A stretch of DNA of 64,000 nt from contig CBDIIB010000005.1 in the NCBI GenBank assembly GCA_965279525.1, positions 992,001 through 1,056,000 of the forward strand, in the 5' to 3' direction. This document shows, one piece after another, positions 50,421-59,493 of this stretch. A program made the translations under genes and the position numbers. This DNA is from Tagaea sp. GTDB taxonomy: Bacteria; Pseudomonadota; Alphaproteobacteria; CACIAM-22H2. Position 1 is the first letter of the stretch; each line of letters starts with the position of its first letter. The notes below the pieces were generated by a model. That model was not told the origin of the DNA. It did not search any database and saw nothing but the letters and a program-made list of their open reading frames with translations.

Positions 50421-51125
50421 ATGCAGACCTTTTCCGACGCTCTCGCGACCGCTGCCGGCATGCTGGCGGCCGGCGACCTGCGGCTGTTCGCCATCGTCCT
50501 GCTGTCGCTCGAAGTGAGCCTCGCCGCCACGCTGATCGCGGCGGCCATTGGCCTGCCGCTGGGCGCGCTGGTGGCGCTGGCGCGCTTTCCCGGCCGGCGC
50601 GCCGCGATCGTGGCGCTCAATGCGATGATGGGCCTGCCGCCGGTCGTCGTGGGCCTTGTCGTCTACCTGCTGCTGTCGCGCGCCGGGCCGCTGGGCGCGC
50701 TCGGCCTGCTGTTCACGCCCGGCGCCATGGTGTTCGCGCAGACGATCCTGATCGTGCCGATCCTCGCGGCCCTCACCCGCCAGGTCGTCGAGGACGCATG
50801 GGCCGAGCATGGCGAACAGCTGCGCTCGCTCGACGCGAGCCTCGCGCAATCGGCCGCCACGCTGCTGTGGGATTCGCGCTTCGCGCTTTTCACGGTCGTG
50901 CTCGCCGGATTCGGACGCGCCAGTGCCGAGGTGGGTGCCGTGATGATCGTCGGCGGCAACATTGATGGTGTGACGCGCACGATGACGACGGCGATCGCAC
51001 TCGAAACCAGCAAGGGCGACCTGCCGCTCGCCCTCGGACTCGGCATCGTCCTGATCGCCACGGTCCTGGCCGTCAACGCGGCGGCCGGCTGGATCCGCGA
51101 AACGGCCGCACGGCGGTACGGCTGA
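50421..51125 (+). CDS. tupB: Tungstate ABC transporter permease
   Basis: MGLPPVVVGL, GFGRASAEVGAVMIVGGNI, TRTMTTAIALETSKG. Confidence 0.92.
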   Translation: MQTFSDALATAAGMLAAGDLRLFAIVLLSLEVSLAATLIAAAIGLPLGALVALARFPGRRAAIVALNAMMGLPPVVVGLVVYLLLSRAGPLGALGLLFTPGAMVFAQTILIVPILAALTRQVVEDAWAEHGEQLRSLDASLAQSAATLLWDSRFALFTVVLAGFGRASAEVGAVMIVGGNIDGVTRTMTTAIALETSKGDLPLALGLGIVLIATVLAVNAAAGWIRETAARRYG

Positions 51126-51826
51126 TGGCGATCCTCCCCCTCACGCTCGACAGGGTGACGCTTGCGATCGGCGGCACGAAAATCGTTTCCGATTTCAGCC
51201 TGCGCCTTGAAGCGGGCATCCGCACCGTGATCGTCGGACCGAACGGGGCGGGCAAGAGCATGCTGCTGCGCCTGTGCCACGGGCTGGTGTCGCCCACGGG
51301 CGGCACGCTTGCATGGGCCGGCGACCCGGCAGGAAAGCAGGCGATGGTCTTCCAGCGCCCGTCGATGCTGCGCCGCTCGGTACTGGCCAACGTCGCCTAC
51401 GGGCTGAAGCTTCGCGGCGTGGGCCGTGCCGAGCGCGAGGCGAAAGCACGCGAGATGCTCGCGCGCGTGGGACTTGCACATCTGTCGGATCGGCCCGCGC
51501 GCGTGTTGTCGGGCGGCGAGCAGCAGCGCGTGGCGCTGGCGCGCGCCTGGACGCTCGCGCCCAAGATCCTGTTCCTCGACGAGCCGACCGCAAGCCTCGA
51601 TCCCGGCGCCTCCCTTGCGGTCGAGGAGATCGTGCTCGCGATGGCGGCCGAAGGCACCAAGATCGTGATGACCACCCACAATCTCGGCCAGGCACGCCGC
51701 ATCGGCGACGAGATCGTGTTCGTCCACAACGGCCGCATCGCCGAACGCGCTGCGGTCGACGCCTTTTTCCGCACGCCGGTCACGCATGAGGCCGCCGCTT
51801 TCCTCAAAGGAGAACTGCCATGGTGA
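51125..51826 (+). CDS. tupC: Tungstate ABC transporter ATPase
   Basis: GPNGAGKS, LSGGEQQR, LDEPTASLDP; lies between tupB and tupA. Confidence 0.9.
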   Translation: MAILPLTLDRVTLAIGGTKIVSDFSLRLEAGIRTVIVGPNGAGKSMLLRLCHGLVSPTGGTLAWAGDPAGKQAMVFQRPSMLRRSVLANVAYGLKLRGVGRAEREAKAREMLARVGLAHLSDRPARVLSGGEQQRVALARAWTLAPKILFLDEPTASLDPGASLAVEEIVLAMAAEGTKIVMTTHNLGQARRIGDEIVFVHNGRIAERAAVDAFFRTPVTHEAAAFLKGELPW

Positions 51827-52650
51827 TGCTTCGTCGGATCCTTCTTGGCGTCCTGCTGCTTGGCGCCGCTCCAGCACACGCGCAGGAGCGCTTCATCACG
51901 GTCGCGTCGACGACGTCGACCGACCAGTCGGGGCTGTTCGGCCACCTGCTGCCGGCCTTCAAGCGCGCCTCGGGCATCGACGTGCGCGTCGTGGCGCTGG
52001 GCACCGGGCAGGCGCTCGACGTGGGCCGTCGCGGCGACGCCGACGTCGTGTTCGTCCACGACAAGGTCGCGGAGGAGAAGTTCGTCGCCGAAGGCTTCGG
52101 CGTCTCGCGTACCCAGGTCATGTACAACGACTTCGTCGTGATCGGCCCGAAGGCGGATCCGGCGAAGGCCGCCGGCCTCAAGGACATCCTCGAGGCGTTC
52201 CGGCGCATCCAGGCCACACAGGCGCCCTTCGTGTCGCGCGGCGACAAGTCGGGCACGCATGCCGCCGAGCTGCGCTACTGGCAGGACGCGAAGGTCGATC
52301 TCGCCGCGACGAAGGGGACCTGGTATCGCGACGTCGGCCAAGGCATGGGCCCGGCACTCAACACCGCGACGGGCATGAACGCCTATATCCTCGCCGACCG
52401 CGCGACGTGGCTCAACTTCAAGAACCGGGGCGAGCTCGATATCCTCGTGCAGGGCGACGAGAAGCTGTTCAACCAGTACGGCGTGATCCTCGTGAATCCT
52501 GCGCGCCATGCCGGCGTGAAAAAGGAAATGGGCCAGGCCTTCATCGACTGGCTCGTCGGCCCCGACGGGCAGCGCACGATCGCGGATTACAAGATCGGCG
52601 GCGAATCGCTGTTCTTCCCGAACGCGATCAGCGTGAAGCCACGGTCGTGA
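51820..52650 (+). CDS. tupA: Tungstate-binding periplasmic protein
   Basis: ASTTSTDQSGL, GTGQAL, VMYNDF, FVSRGDKSGTH, GMGPALN. Confidence 0.92.
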   Translation: MVMLRRILLGVLLLGAAPAHAQERFITVASTTSTDQSGLFGHLLPAFKRASGIDVRVVALGTGQALDVGRRGDADVVFVHDKVAEEKFVAEGFGVSRTQVMYNDFVVIGPKADPAKAAGLKDILEAFRRIQATQAPFVSRGDKSGTHAAELRYWQDAKVDLAATKGTWYRDVGQGMGPALNTATGMNAYILADRATWLNFKNRGELDILVQGDEKLFNQYGVILVNPARHAGVKKEMGQAFIDWLVGPDGQRTIADYKIGGESLFFPNAISVKPRS

Positions 52651-52654
52651 GGCG

Positions 52655-54340
52655 CTAGAAGCGCATCGACACGTCCCAGTAGATGCGCAGCGGCCGCTCG
52701 CCCTCGGTGAGCGAGGGCACGCGGGTCAGCGGCTGGGCGAGCTCCAGCCCCGACGACAGCCAGTTGTCGTGCGCCACCTTGATGCCCACGCCAGCCGACG
52801 CGAGCGTCTGCGTGAACGACGAACCGCTGCCGCGCCGGTTCCACGCCCAGCCATAGTCGTAGAAGACGTAAGGCTGCCAGCCGGCCGTGGCGAGATCGCC
52901 GTAGCGGATGTCGAGCGCCGAGCCGGCACCGTTGACACCCGTGATCTCCGACGGATCGTAGCCGCGCCCGAAGCGCCCGCCGCCAAGCGAGAACTCCTCG
53001 CCCGAATAGAGCCGGTTGCGTGTCGCCTGGCCGGCCAGCGTCCACTGGGCGGTGAAGTCGTCGCTCAGGAGCTGGATGCGCCGGATCTCGCCGGTGAACT
53101 TGGTGAATTGCGGCTGCGCGTCGGAGCGGCTGTGCTGCAGGTCGTTCGGGTTCTCGGTGCCCAGCCCGATGATGCCCCGGACGATGCCCGCCGACAGCAC
53201 CGTGGCACCCTGCATGAAGCCCAGATGCGAGAATGTCAGCCGCGCGTCGGTCGCGAGGTAGCGGTCGCGCGTCAGGGGATCGCCGCGCACGAACGTCGCG
53301 GTGCGCGAGACGTAGGCCGACGTGTCGAACACGAGATTGACGCGCCGCGAGCGGATGACCGGATAGGAAAGGCGCGGCCCCAGGCGCCAGGCGGTCGTGT
53401 GGACCTGCAGCGCCTTCAGCGTGTGGCCGGGCCAGCCCCACGAATAGGTGGTGTCCCAGCCGAACACGAGCCCGTCGTCGCCGATCGGCTGGGTGTAGCG
53501 GAACACGCCCTGGCGCAGTTCGCGGTTGCTGTGCCGGGACGGGACCGTCGAGCCGCCGATCGTCAGCTGCTCGTTCAGGCCGAGCAGGCCGTTGAACGAC
53601 GTTTCGGCATAGACGGTGACCGGCCCCTGGAACTTCGACGCGCGGTTCGACACCGTCACGCTCGACTGCACCGTCTTCTCCTCGATCCGCACGAGGAGGT
53701 TGGACGAACCCGGCTCCTTGCCGGGGGCAAGCGTGCCTGCGGCACTGACGCCCGCAAGATCGCCGGCAAGCAGCAGCCCGCGTTCGATGGCCGCGAGGTT
53801 GGCGGGCCGTCCTTCGAAGGCGCGGCGCAGATAGGCGCGGATGCGCGCGCGCGCGGAATCCGAACCGCCGTCGAACTCGATCTCGGAAAGAAAGCCCTCT
53901 ACGACCTGGATGCGGAACGTGCCGTCGCCCACGCGCTGCGGCGGCACGAAGGCACGCGAAAGCACATAGCCGTCGGCCCGGTAGCGGTTCTCGATCGCCT
54001 CGGCCACCGCCGTGATCGCCGACAGGCCGAGCGTCTGGCCGATCAGCGGCTGGGTGAAGGCGGAAAGCTGGGCCGGGCTGTAGACGGTCGAGCCCTCGAC
54101 CGTGATTCGCGAAATGGGAAAGCGCAATTCGTCGACCGCCCGCCGGTCGGGTGCCCGCGGCTGGGCCGGGATCGACAGTTCGAGCTCGGCTTCGGGAACC
54201 GGCAGGCCGCGGCCGGGAATCCGTGGCTCGGCGGCCGGCGGCAGCACGAGCTGGGCCTGGGCATGGGTCGGCGCGACCGCGAGAAGCAGCAGCAAAAAGG
54301 CACGGATTACCAGTCGGGCGGGTCGTTTCGAGTCGGCCAT
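52655..54340 (-). CDS. ShlB/FhaC/HecB (TpsB/Omp85) outer-membrane beta-barrel
   Basis: Signal peptide, POTRA motif YRADGYVLSRAFVPPQ...IQVVEG, EEFSLGG..FGRGY loop, FYDYG, terminal Phe. Confidence 0.9.
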   Translation of the reverse strand: MADSKRPARLVIRAFLLLLLAVAPTHAQAQLVLPPAAEPRIPGRGLPVPEAELELSIPAQPRAPDRRAVDELRFPISRITVEGSTVYSPAQLSAFTQPLIGQTLGLSAITAVAEAIENRYRADGYVLSRAFVPPQRVGDGTFRIQVVEGFLSEIEFDGGSDSARARIRAYLRRAFEGRPANLAAIERGLLLAGDLAGVSAAGTLAPGKEPGSSNLLVRIEEKTVQSSVTVSNRASKFQGPVTVYAETSFNGLLGLNEQLTIGGSTVPSRHSNRELRQGVFRYTQPIGDDGLVFGWDTTYSWGWPGHTLKALQVHTTAWRLGPRLSYPVIRSRRVNLVFDTSAYVSRTATFVRGDPLTRDRYLATDARLTFSHLGFMQGATVLSAGIVRGIIGLGTENPNDLQHSRSDAQPQFTKFTGEIRRIQLLSDDFTAQWTLAGQATRNRLYSGEEFSLGGGRFGRGYDPSEITGVNGAGSALDIRYGDLATAGWQPYVFYDYGWAWNRRGSGSSFTQTLASAGVGIKVAHDNWLSSGLELAQPLTRVPSLTEGERPLRIYWDVSMRF

Positions 54341-54469
54341 CGTCCTGACAACCGTAGTACACGACCGGACGGACTTTTGACAATTCGAGGTACCCGGCAA
54401 GCGTCGGTATTCGTTAAATCTTGTGGATTGAATGGATCGGCGCTAATTGACTCCTTGCGAGGAAAATCC

Positions 54470-55156
54470 ATGTCCATCCCCCCGTTTTCAGCCAAATCCG
54501 CAATTTCCGGCGCGATTCTGGCCGGCTTGCTCGTCGCCGCCGGCCCTGCCGATGCCCAGCAACGCCAGCCCCCCCCGCCGGCGGCGCCCGCCGCACCCGC
54601 GGCAGCGGCGGAGTTCAAGCTCAACGGATTCCGCTCGGCCAATTTCGGCATGACGGCCGAACAGGTCCGCCAGGCGATCCGCAAGGATTTCAGCCTCGGG
54701 CCCGACAAGATCGAGACGGCCGACAACGCGGTCGAACGCACGCAGATCCTTGCGGTCACGGTGAACGACCTGCTGCCCAACAGCGGCCCGGCGCAGGTCG
54801 CCTACGTGATCGGCTTCCGCACCAAGCAGCTCGTCGCGGTCACCGTGACGTGGGGCGGCTCGGTCAACCCGCAGCTTGCACCCGGACAGGCGGTCGAGTT
54901 CGCGCGCATGCTGCAGGGCTATCTGGCGGGCGTGGGGTACAAGCCCGAGACGATTGTCGCCGGCGCCCAGCAGGCGGACGGATCGATCGTGATGTTCCGC
55001 GGCGACGACTCGCAAGGCCGGCGCACGATCGTCGTGCTGGGCGGCGTGGCCGCACCCGAGGGCCAGAAGCCGGCCGGCCCGCCGGTCCTGCAGATCTCGT
55101 ACATCCGCGATCCGCAGACGCCCGACGTGTTCCAGATCCGGAAGGGCGACTTCTAG
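54470..55156 (+). CDS. Exported hypothetical protein
   Basis: GAGG RBS; signal peptide ending ADA-Q, Pro/Ala linker, globular domain starting GFRSANFGMT; first gene of a tight operon. Confidence 0.8.
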   Translation: MSIPPFSAKSAISGAILAGLLVAAGPADAQQRQPPPPAAPAAPAAAAEFKLNGFRSANFGMTAEQVRQAIRKDFSLGPDKIETADNAVERTQILAVTVNDLLPNSGPAQVAYVIGFRTKQLVAVTVTWGGSVNPQLAPGQAVEFARMLQGYLAGVGYKPETIVAGAQQADGSIVMFRGDDSQGRRTIVVLGGVAAPEGQKPAGPPVLQISYIRDPQTPDVFQIRKGDF

Positions 55157-55161
55157 ACGCG

Positions 55162-55677
55162 ATGTTCAAGCGCACGTTCCCCAAGGGCAAGGTCCTGTTC
55201 AAGGAAGGCGATCCGGGGCTCGAGGCGTTTCTCGTCGAAAAGGGCAAGGTGCTGATCCTGAAGATGGGGACCGAGGCGCCGATCATCGTGGCGAGCCTGG
55301 GTTCCGGCGCGCTGTTCGGCGAGATGGCGATCCTCGACGGCAGCCCGCGCATGGCGACCGCCGTCGCGGGCGAAGACACGGTGTGCGTGGTCATCAACAG
55401 CCAGCAGCTCACGCAGCGCATGATGATGCTCGATCCCGACCTGATGCGGCTCGCCACCTCGCTGATGGAGTACGTGCGCTCGACCGTGCCCTTCGAGATG
55501 CGCGCGAAGGCCGGCCTTTCCAACGAAGAGACCGTGCAGGACCGCCACGCGCGCCTGATGCTGCCGCGCCCGGAAGTGGTCGAAAGCTACGGCATCAAGG
55601 ACCCGATGCTGCGCGCGCTGTTCAACATGCTGTGCGACTACACGCGCCGGCGCCTGCCGCCCGCACCGGCCGGCTAG
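55162..55677 (+). CDS. Cyclic nucleotide-binding domain protein with short helical C-terminus (no obvious HTH)
   Basis: LFKEGDPG, FLVEKGKV, LFGEMAILDGSPRMATAVA phosphate-binding cassette. Confidence 0.9.
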   Translation: MFKRTFPKGKVLFKEGDPGLEAFLVEKGKVLILKMGTEAPIIVASLGSGALFGEMAILDGSPRMATAVAGEDTVCVVINSQQLTQRMMMLDPDLMRLATSLMEYVRSTVPFEMRAKAGLSNEETVQDRHARLMLPRPEVVESYGIKDPMLRALFNMLCDYTRRRLPPAPAG

Positions 55678-55681
55678 CGCG

Positions 55682-58600
55682 ATGCAGCCCTTTCGCGCGC
55701 GCTTGCTTGTTGCCGCATTGCTGGCCGGCACGGCCGCCGTTTCCGGCTGCCAGTCGGCGGGAAGCGGCACGGGCCTGTCGCGCGCGGCGGGCGAGAACCT
55801 GTCGGGCGATGCCTGCCGCGCCGAGCCGCGCCGGGGCCAGTCGCGCACCGATACGCCCGTTCTCGACATCACCTGCACGGGCAGTGCGCGCGTCGCGGGA
55901 TCGGTCGTCCAGCTCGGCGCGCAGCGCGGCGCCCCTGCCGACGGGCCGGCACGTCAGGCGCATTTCGCGCAAGCACTGGAATCAAGCGCCCCGATGCGGG
56001 CACTGGGTACGCGCGCCACGTGCGAAACGCCGCAATGGATCGCCACGCAAGCCGAACCCGAACTGCTGGTGGCGCGCTGCGCGCTGAAGGACGGCGGCTG
56101 GCCCTATCTGGTGGCGGGCCTCGCGGCGGGCGACGCGCTGGCGTTCGGCGAAGGCCAGCCGTCGGCTATTCCGGCCCTCGCCCATGCGATGCGCCAGGGG
56201 CTGCCGGGCACGGCCGCGCGCGACGTCGCCCCGCTTGTACCCGCCGAGCGCCAGGCGCTGACGGCGAAGCTCGAACAGGTTTTCGGCGGCGGCACGGCGC
56301 TCGCCGGCGATTCCGCCGGCGCCTATCAGGATTTCGTCGAGCTCGCGCGCCTCTACAACAGCACCGGCAACCACGCGGGCGCCGAGACGGCCTACCGGCG
56401 TGCACTCGAGCTGCAGACCGCGGCCCTCGGCGCCGAGCATGCCGGCATCGGCACGACGCTGACGCTGCTGGCGATGGAGATCTCGAACCAGGGGCGCGGC
56501 GAGGAAGCGGACGCGTTCTTCCGGCGCGCCGAAGCGCTCGTCATCAAGTCGCCCGATCCGGGCGAGTATCCGCGCTATCTGGGCTATCTGGGCATGCATG
56601 CGGCCAACCAGCGCCAGTTCGACCGGGCGCTGGCGGTGGCGCGCGACACGATCCAGCGCCGGCGCGACCTGATCGAGCGGCTCGGCGGCGGCATTCCCGC
56701 CGGGCTCGACGCGGGCGGCGGCGGGTCGATCTTCGGCGGGGCCGTCTTCCTGCAGGCGGAACTGGCGCACGCGCTGATGTTCGCGTCGGCGATGGCGCTG
56801 CGCACCGGCGACCTTGCCGGTGCGGAAGCCCATGCGCTCGAAGCGCGCCGCATCGTCGACCGCACGCCGGGCCTGCCGGCCTGGTGGCAGCCGCAGGCGA
56901 TCGGGCAACTTGGCGAGGTGCTCGCCGCGCGCGGCGATTTCCGCAATGCCGAACGGCTGCTCGCGTCGGCCGCCGAGTTGCGCTTGCGCGTGTTCGGCAC
57001 GGGCTGGCCGGTGGCGCAGGGGCTGATGGCGCTGGGCCGCGCGCAGTCGGCCGACGGCCGCTATCCGGAATCGATCGGGAACTATCGCGGCGCCTTGCGC
57101 CTCATCGTGGCCGAAACGCCGACGCGCAATCTCAATTTCGACCAGATCCGGCCCTTCCTGGAGGCAGGCGAAGCGCAAGGCCGCCGCGTGCCGGCCGAGG
57201 CCGCCGCCCTGCATGCCGAGATGTTCGCCGCCGTGCAGCTGATGCGCGAGGGCACGATGGGCCGTGCCGTCGCGCGCACCGCCCAGCGCGTGGCAGCCGA
57301 CGATCCGCGCATCGCGGCCCTGGTGCGCGACCATGGCGAGGCCACGCGCCGGCGCGACCGGCTGCAGGTCGACCTCGCCGGCGAACTGGGCCGGCCCAAT
57401 CAGTCGCGCGATGCCGCCCGCGTCGAGCGTCTGCGCGGCGAGCTGGGCCAGCAGAACCAGCGCATCGCCGCCCTCAATGCCGAGATCGAGACGGCCGCTC
57501 CCGGTTTCGAGCGGCTGGTGTCGCCCAAGCCCGTCGATCCGGCCACGCTCGCCAAGGCGCTAGGCCCGCGCGAGGCGTTGGCCGTCTATGCGGTCGGGCC
57601 GGACGGCGCGTTCGCGTTCCTCGTGCGCGCGTCGGGCGTCGTCGCGGTCAAGCTCGACACCGACGAAGTACAGCTCGCCGAGCAGGTCAAGGCGCTGCGC
57701 GGCGCTTTCGAGATCCGCGATCGCAACGTCGCCCCGTTCGACACCGCACTTTCCCACCGGCTCTACCGCACGCTCGTGGGTCCGCTCGAGGCCGAGCTTG
57801 CCGGCATCGAGCAGCTCTATGTCGTGGCCAACGGGGCACTCGCGAGCCTGCCCTTCGGCATCCTTGCCGCGGCACCGCCGGCGGCGGCTCCGGCCGGCGA
57901 CTATTCGCGCGTGGCGTGGCTTGCCCGCCGCGTGGCGATTTCCAACCCGCCGTCGGTGCGCGCGTTCCTCGAGCTGCGCGCACTCGCCCGCCGGCCGTCG
58001 GCGCCCGAGCCGCTGCTCGCGCTGGCCAATCCCGATTTCGCCGGCGGTGCGCCGGGCGGGCTTGGCGCCCTTGCCGGTGCGTGCCGCACCGAAGGGGCGG
58101 TACCTTCGGCGCTGATCCGGGCCCTTGCCCCGTTGCCCGAGACGGCCGACGAAGTGCGCCGCGTGGCCGCCACGCTCAATGCCGGCAGCGATTCGCTGCT
58201 GCTGGGGGCCAACGCCACGGCCGCCAACCTGCGTAGCCGCCAGCTCGACCGCTATCGCGTCGTCTACTTCGCCACGCACGGGCTGCTGCCGGGCGAGCTG
58301 CGCTGCCAGGCCCAGCCCGGCCTTGCGATGTCCGCACCGGCAACCGACGTGAGCGACCCGCTGGTCGACGGCCTGCTGGAAGCCGGCGAGATCGCGAGCC
58401 TGCGCCTGGACGCCGATCTCGTCGTGCTGTCGGCGTGCAATACGGCCGCGTCGGGCGAACGGCTGGGCGGGGAATCGCTGTCGGGCCTTGCCGAGGCGTT
58501 CTTCTTCGCAGGGGCCCGAAACCTGCTGGTGACGCACTGGCAGGTCCCCTCGCAGCAGACCGTGGCGCTGACCACGGGCATGTTCGAGCGGCTGGGCGGT

Positions 58601-58747
58601 GACCTCAAGCGCGGGATCGCGCCGGCCCTGCGCGCGGCACAGATGGCGCTGGCCGACGTGCCGGCCACCTCCCACCCGTTCTTCTGGGGGGCGTTCGTGC
58701 TGCAGGGCGACGGGGCGGCGGTGGCGCCGGCGGGCAACCCGAGCTAA
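55682..58747 (+). CDS. Lipoprotein with TPRs and a C-terminal CHAT (caspase-like, clan CD) protease domain
   Basis: Lipobox AVSG-C, Cys-containing N-terminal domain, TPR-like helices, YFATHGLL (His), LVVLSACNTA (Cys), HPFFWGAF. Confidence 0.92.
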   Translation: MQPFRARLLVAALLAGTAAVSGCQSAGSGTGLSRAAGENLSGDACRAEPRRGQSRTDTPVLDITCTGSARVAGSVVQLGAQRGAPADGPARQAHFAQALESSAPMRALGTRATCETPQWIATQAEPELLVARCALKDGGWPYLVAGLAAGDALAFGEGQPSAIPALAHAMRQGLPGTAARDVAPLVPAERQALTAKLEQVFGGGTALAGDSAGAYQDFVELARLYNSTGNHAGAETAYRRALELQTAALGAEHAGIGTTLTLLAMEISNQGRGEEADAFFRRAEALVIKSPDPGEYPRYLGYLGMHAANQRQFDRALAVARDTIQRRRDLIERLGGGIPAGLDAGGGGSIFGGAVFLQAELAHALMFASAMALRTGDLAGAEAHALEARRIVDRTPGLPAWWQPQAIGQLGEVLAARGDFRNAERLLASAAELRLRVFGTGWPVAQGLMALGRAQSADGRYPESIGNYRGALRLIVAETPTRNLNFDQIRPFLEAGEAQGRRVPAEAAALHAEMFAAVQLMREGTMGRAVARTAQRVAADDPRIAALVRDHGEATRRRDRLQVDLAGELGRPNQSRDAARVERLRGELGQQNQRIAALNAEIETAAPGFERLVSPKPVDPATLAKALGPREALAVYAVGPDGAFAFLVRASGVVAVKLDTDEVQLAEQVKALRGAFEIRDRNVAPFDTALSHRLYRTLVGPLEAELAGIEQLYVVANGALASLPFGILAAAPPAAAPAGDYSRVAWLARRVAISNPPSVRAFLELRALARRPSAPEPLLALANPDFAGGAPGGLGALAGACRTEGAVPSALIRALAPLPETADEVRRVAATLNAGSDSLLLGANATAANLRSRQLDRYRVVYFATHGLLPGELRCQAQPGLAMSAPATDVSDPLVDGLLEAGEIASLRLDADLVVLSACNTAASGERLGGESLSGLAEAFFFAGARNLLVTHWQVPSQQTVALTTGMFERLGGDLKRGIAPALRAAQMALADVPATSHPFFWGAFVLQGDGAAVAPAGNPS

Positions 58748-58748
58748 T

Positions 58749-59471
58749 ATGTACGCCATGCGCAACGCGTGGCCCCTCCTCCTCGGCCTGCTGATCGGTG
58801 TCCCGCCCCTCTTTTCCCCGGGGGCCGGGGCGAACGAGCTTGTCGTGGTCGAGGCCAAGGGCGTGGAACTCGCCCCGGGTGCCAAGGTCGACGGCACGAA
58901 GGTGCTGCAGCTTGCCGCCGGCCAGCGCGTGACGCTGATCGCGGCCGACGGGCGCACGGTCAAGCTGCGCGGCCCCTATGAAGAAGCGCCGGCCCCCGCC
59001 GCCGGCCAGACCGCCAGCATGGGCGACGCGCTCAAGAACCTGATGAACCAGCGCGGCTCCGGCACGGCCCAGCTCGGTGTCGTGCGCGCCGCGGGCGACG
59101 CGGCCGAACTGCCCGAGCCGTGGCTCGTGGACGTGGGCCGTTCGGGTGCGCGCTGCCTCCAGGCCAGCGGCGTGCCGGTGCTGTGGGGACCGAAATTCGC
59201 CGCGAACACCGAGCTTGCCATCGAGCCCGCCGACCGCAGCTGGCGCGCCAAGGGCACGTGGCCGGCCGAGACCGACCGGCTGGCGCTCGCCGGCCGCATC
59301 CCGCTTGCCGACGGCGGCTCGTATGTGTTCGACGTCGGCGGCAATCCCGCCAACGTGACGATCCACCGGATGCCGGCGGGCTTCGCCGATCCGGTGCTGC
59401 AGGCGGCCTGGATGATCGAGAAGGGCTGCGAGGACCAGGCGCGGGCACTGGTACGCGAAGCGCAACGTTGA
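58749..59471 (+). CDS. Exported beta-rich protein (FecR-N/DUF928-like partner of CHAT/CHASE2 loci)
   Basis: Signal peptide, beta-strand N-terminal domain, C-terminal WMIEKGCEDQA helix; 1 bp after the CHAT stop; family assignment is inference. Confidence 0.7.
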   Translation: MYAMRNAWPLLLGLLIGVPPLFSPGAGANELVVVEAKGVELAPGAKVDGTKVLQLAAGQRVTLIAADGRTVKLRGPYEEAPAPAAGQTASMGDALKNLMNQRGSGTAQLGVVRAAGDAAELPEPWLVDVGRSGARCLQASGVPVLWGPKFAANTELAIEPADRSWRAKGTWPAETDRLALAGRIPLADGGSYVFDVGGNPANVTIHRMPAGFADPVLQAAWMIEKGCEDQARALVREAQR

Positions 59472-59493
59472 AGATAAGGGCCGGGGGTTGACG

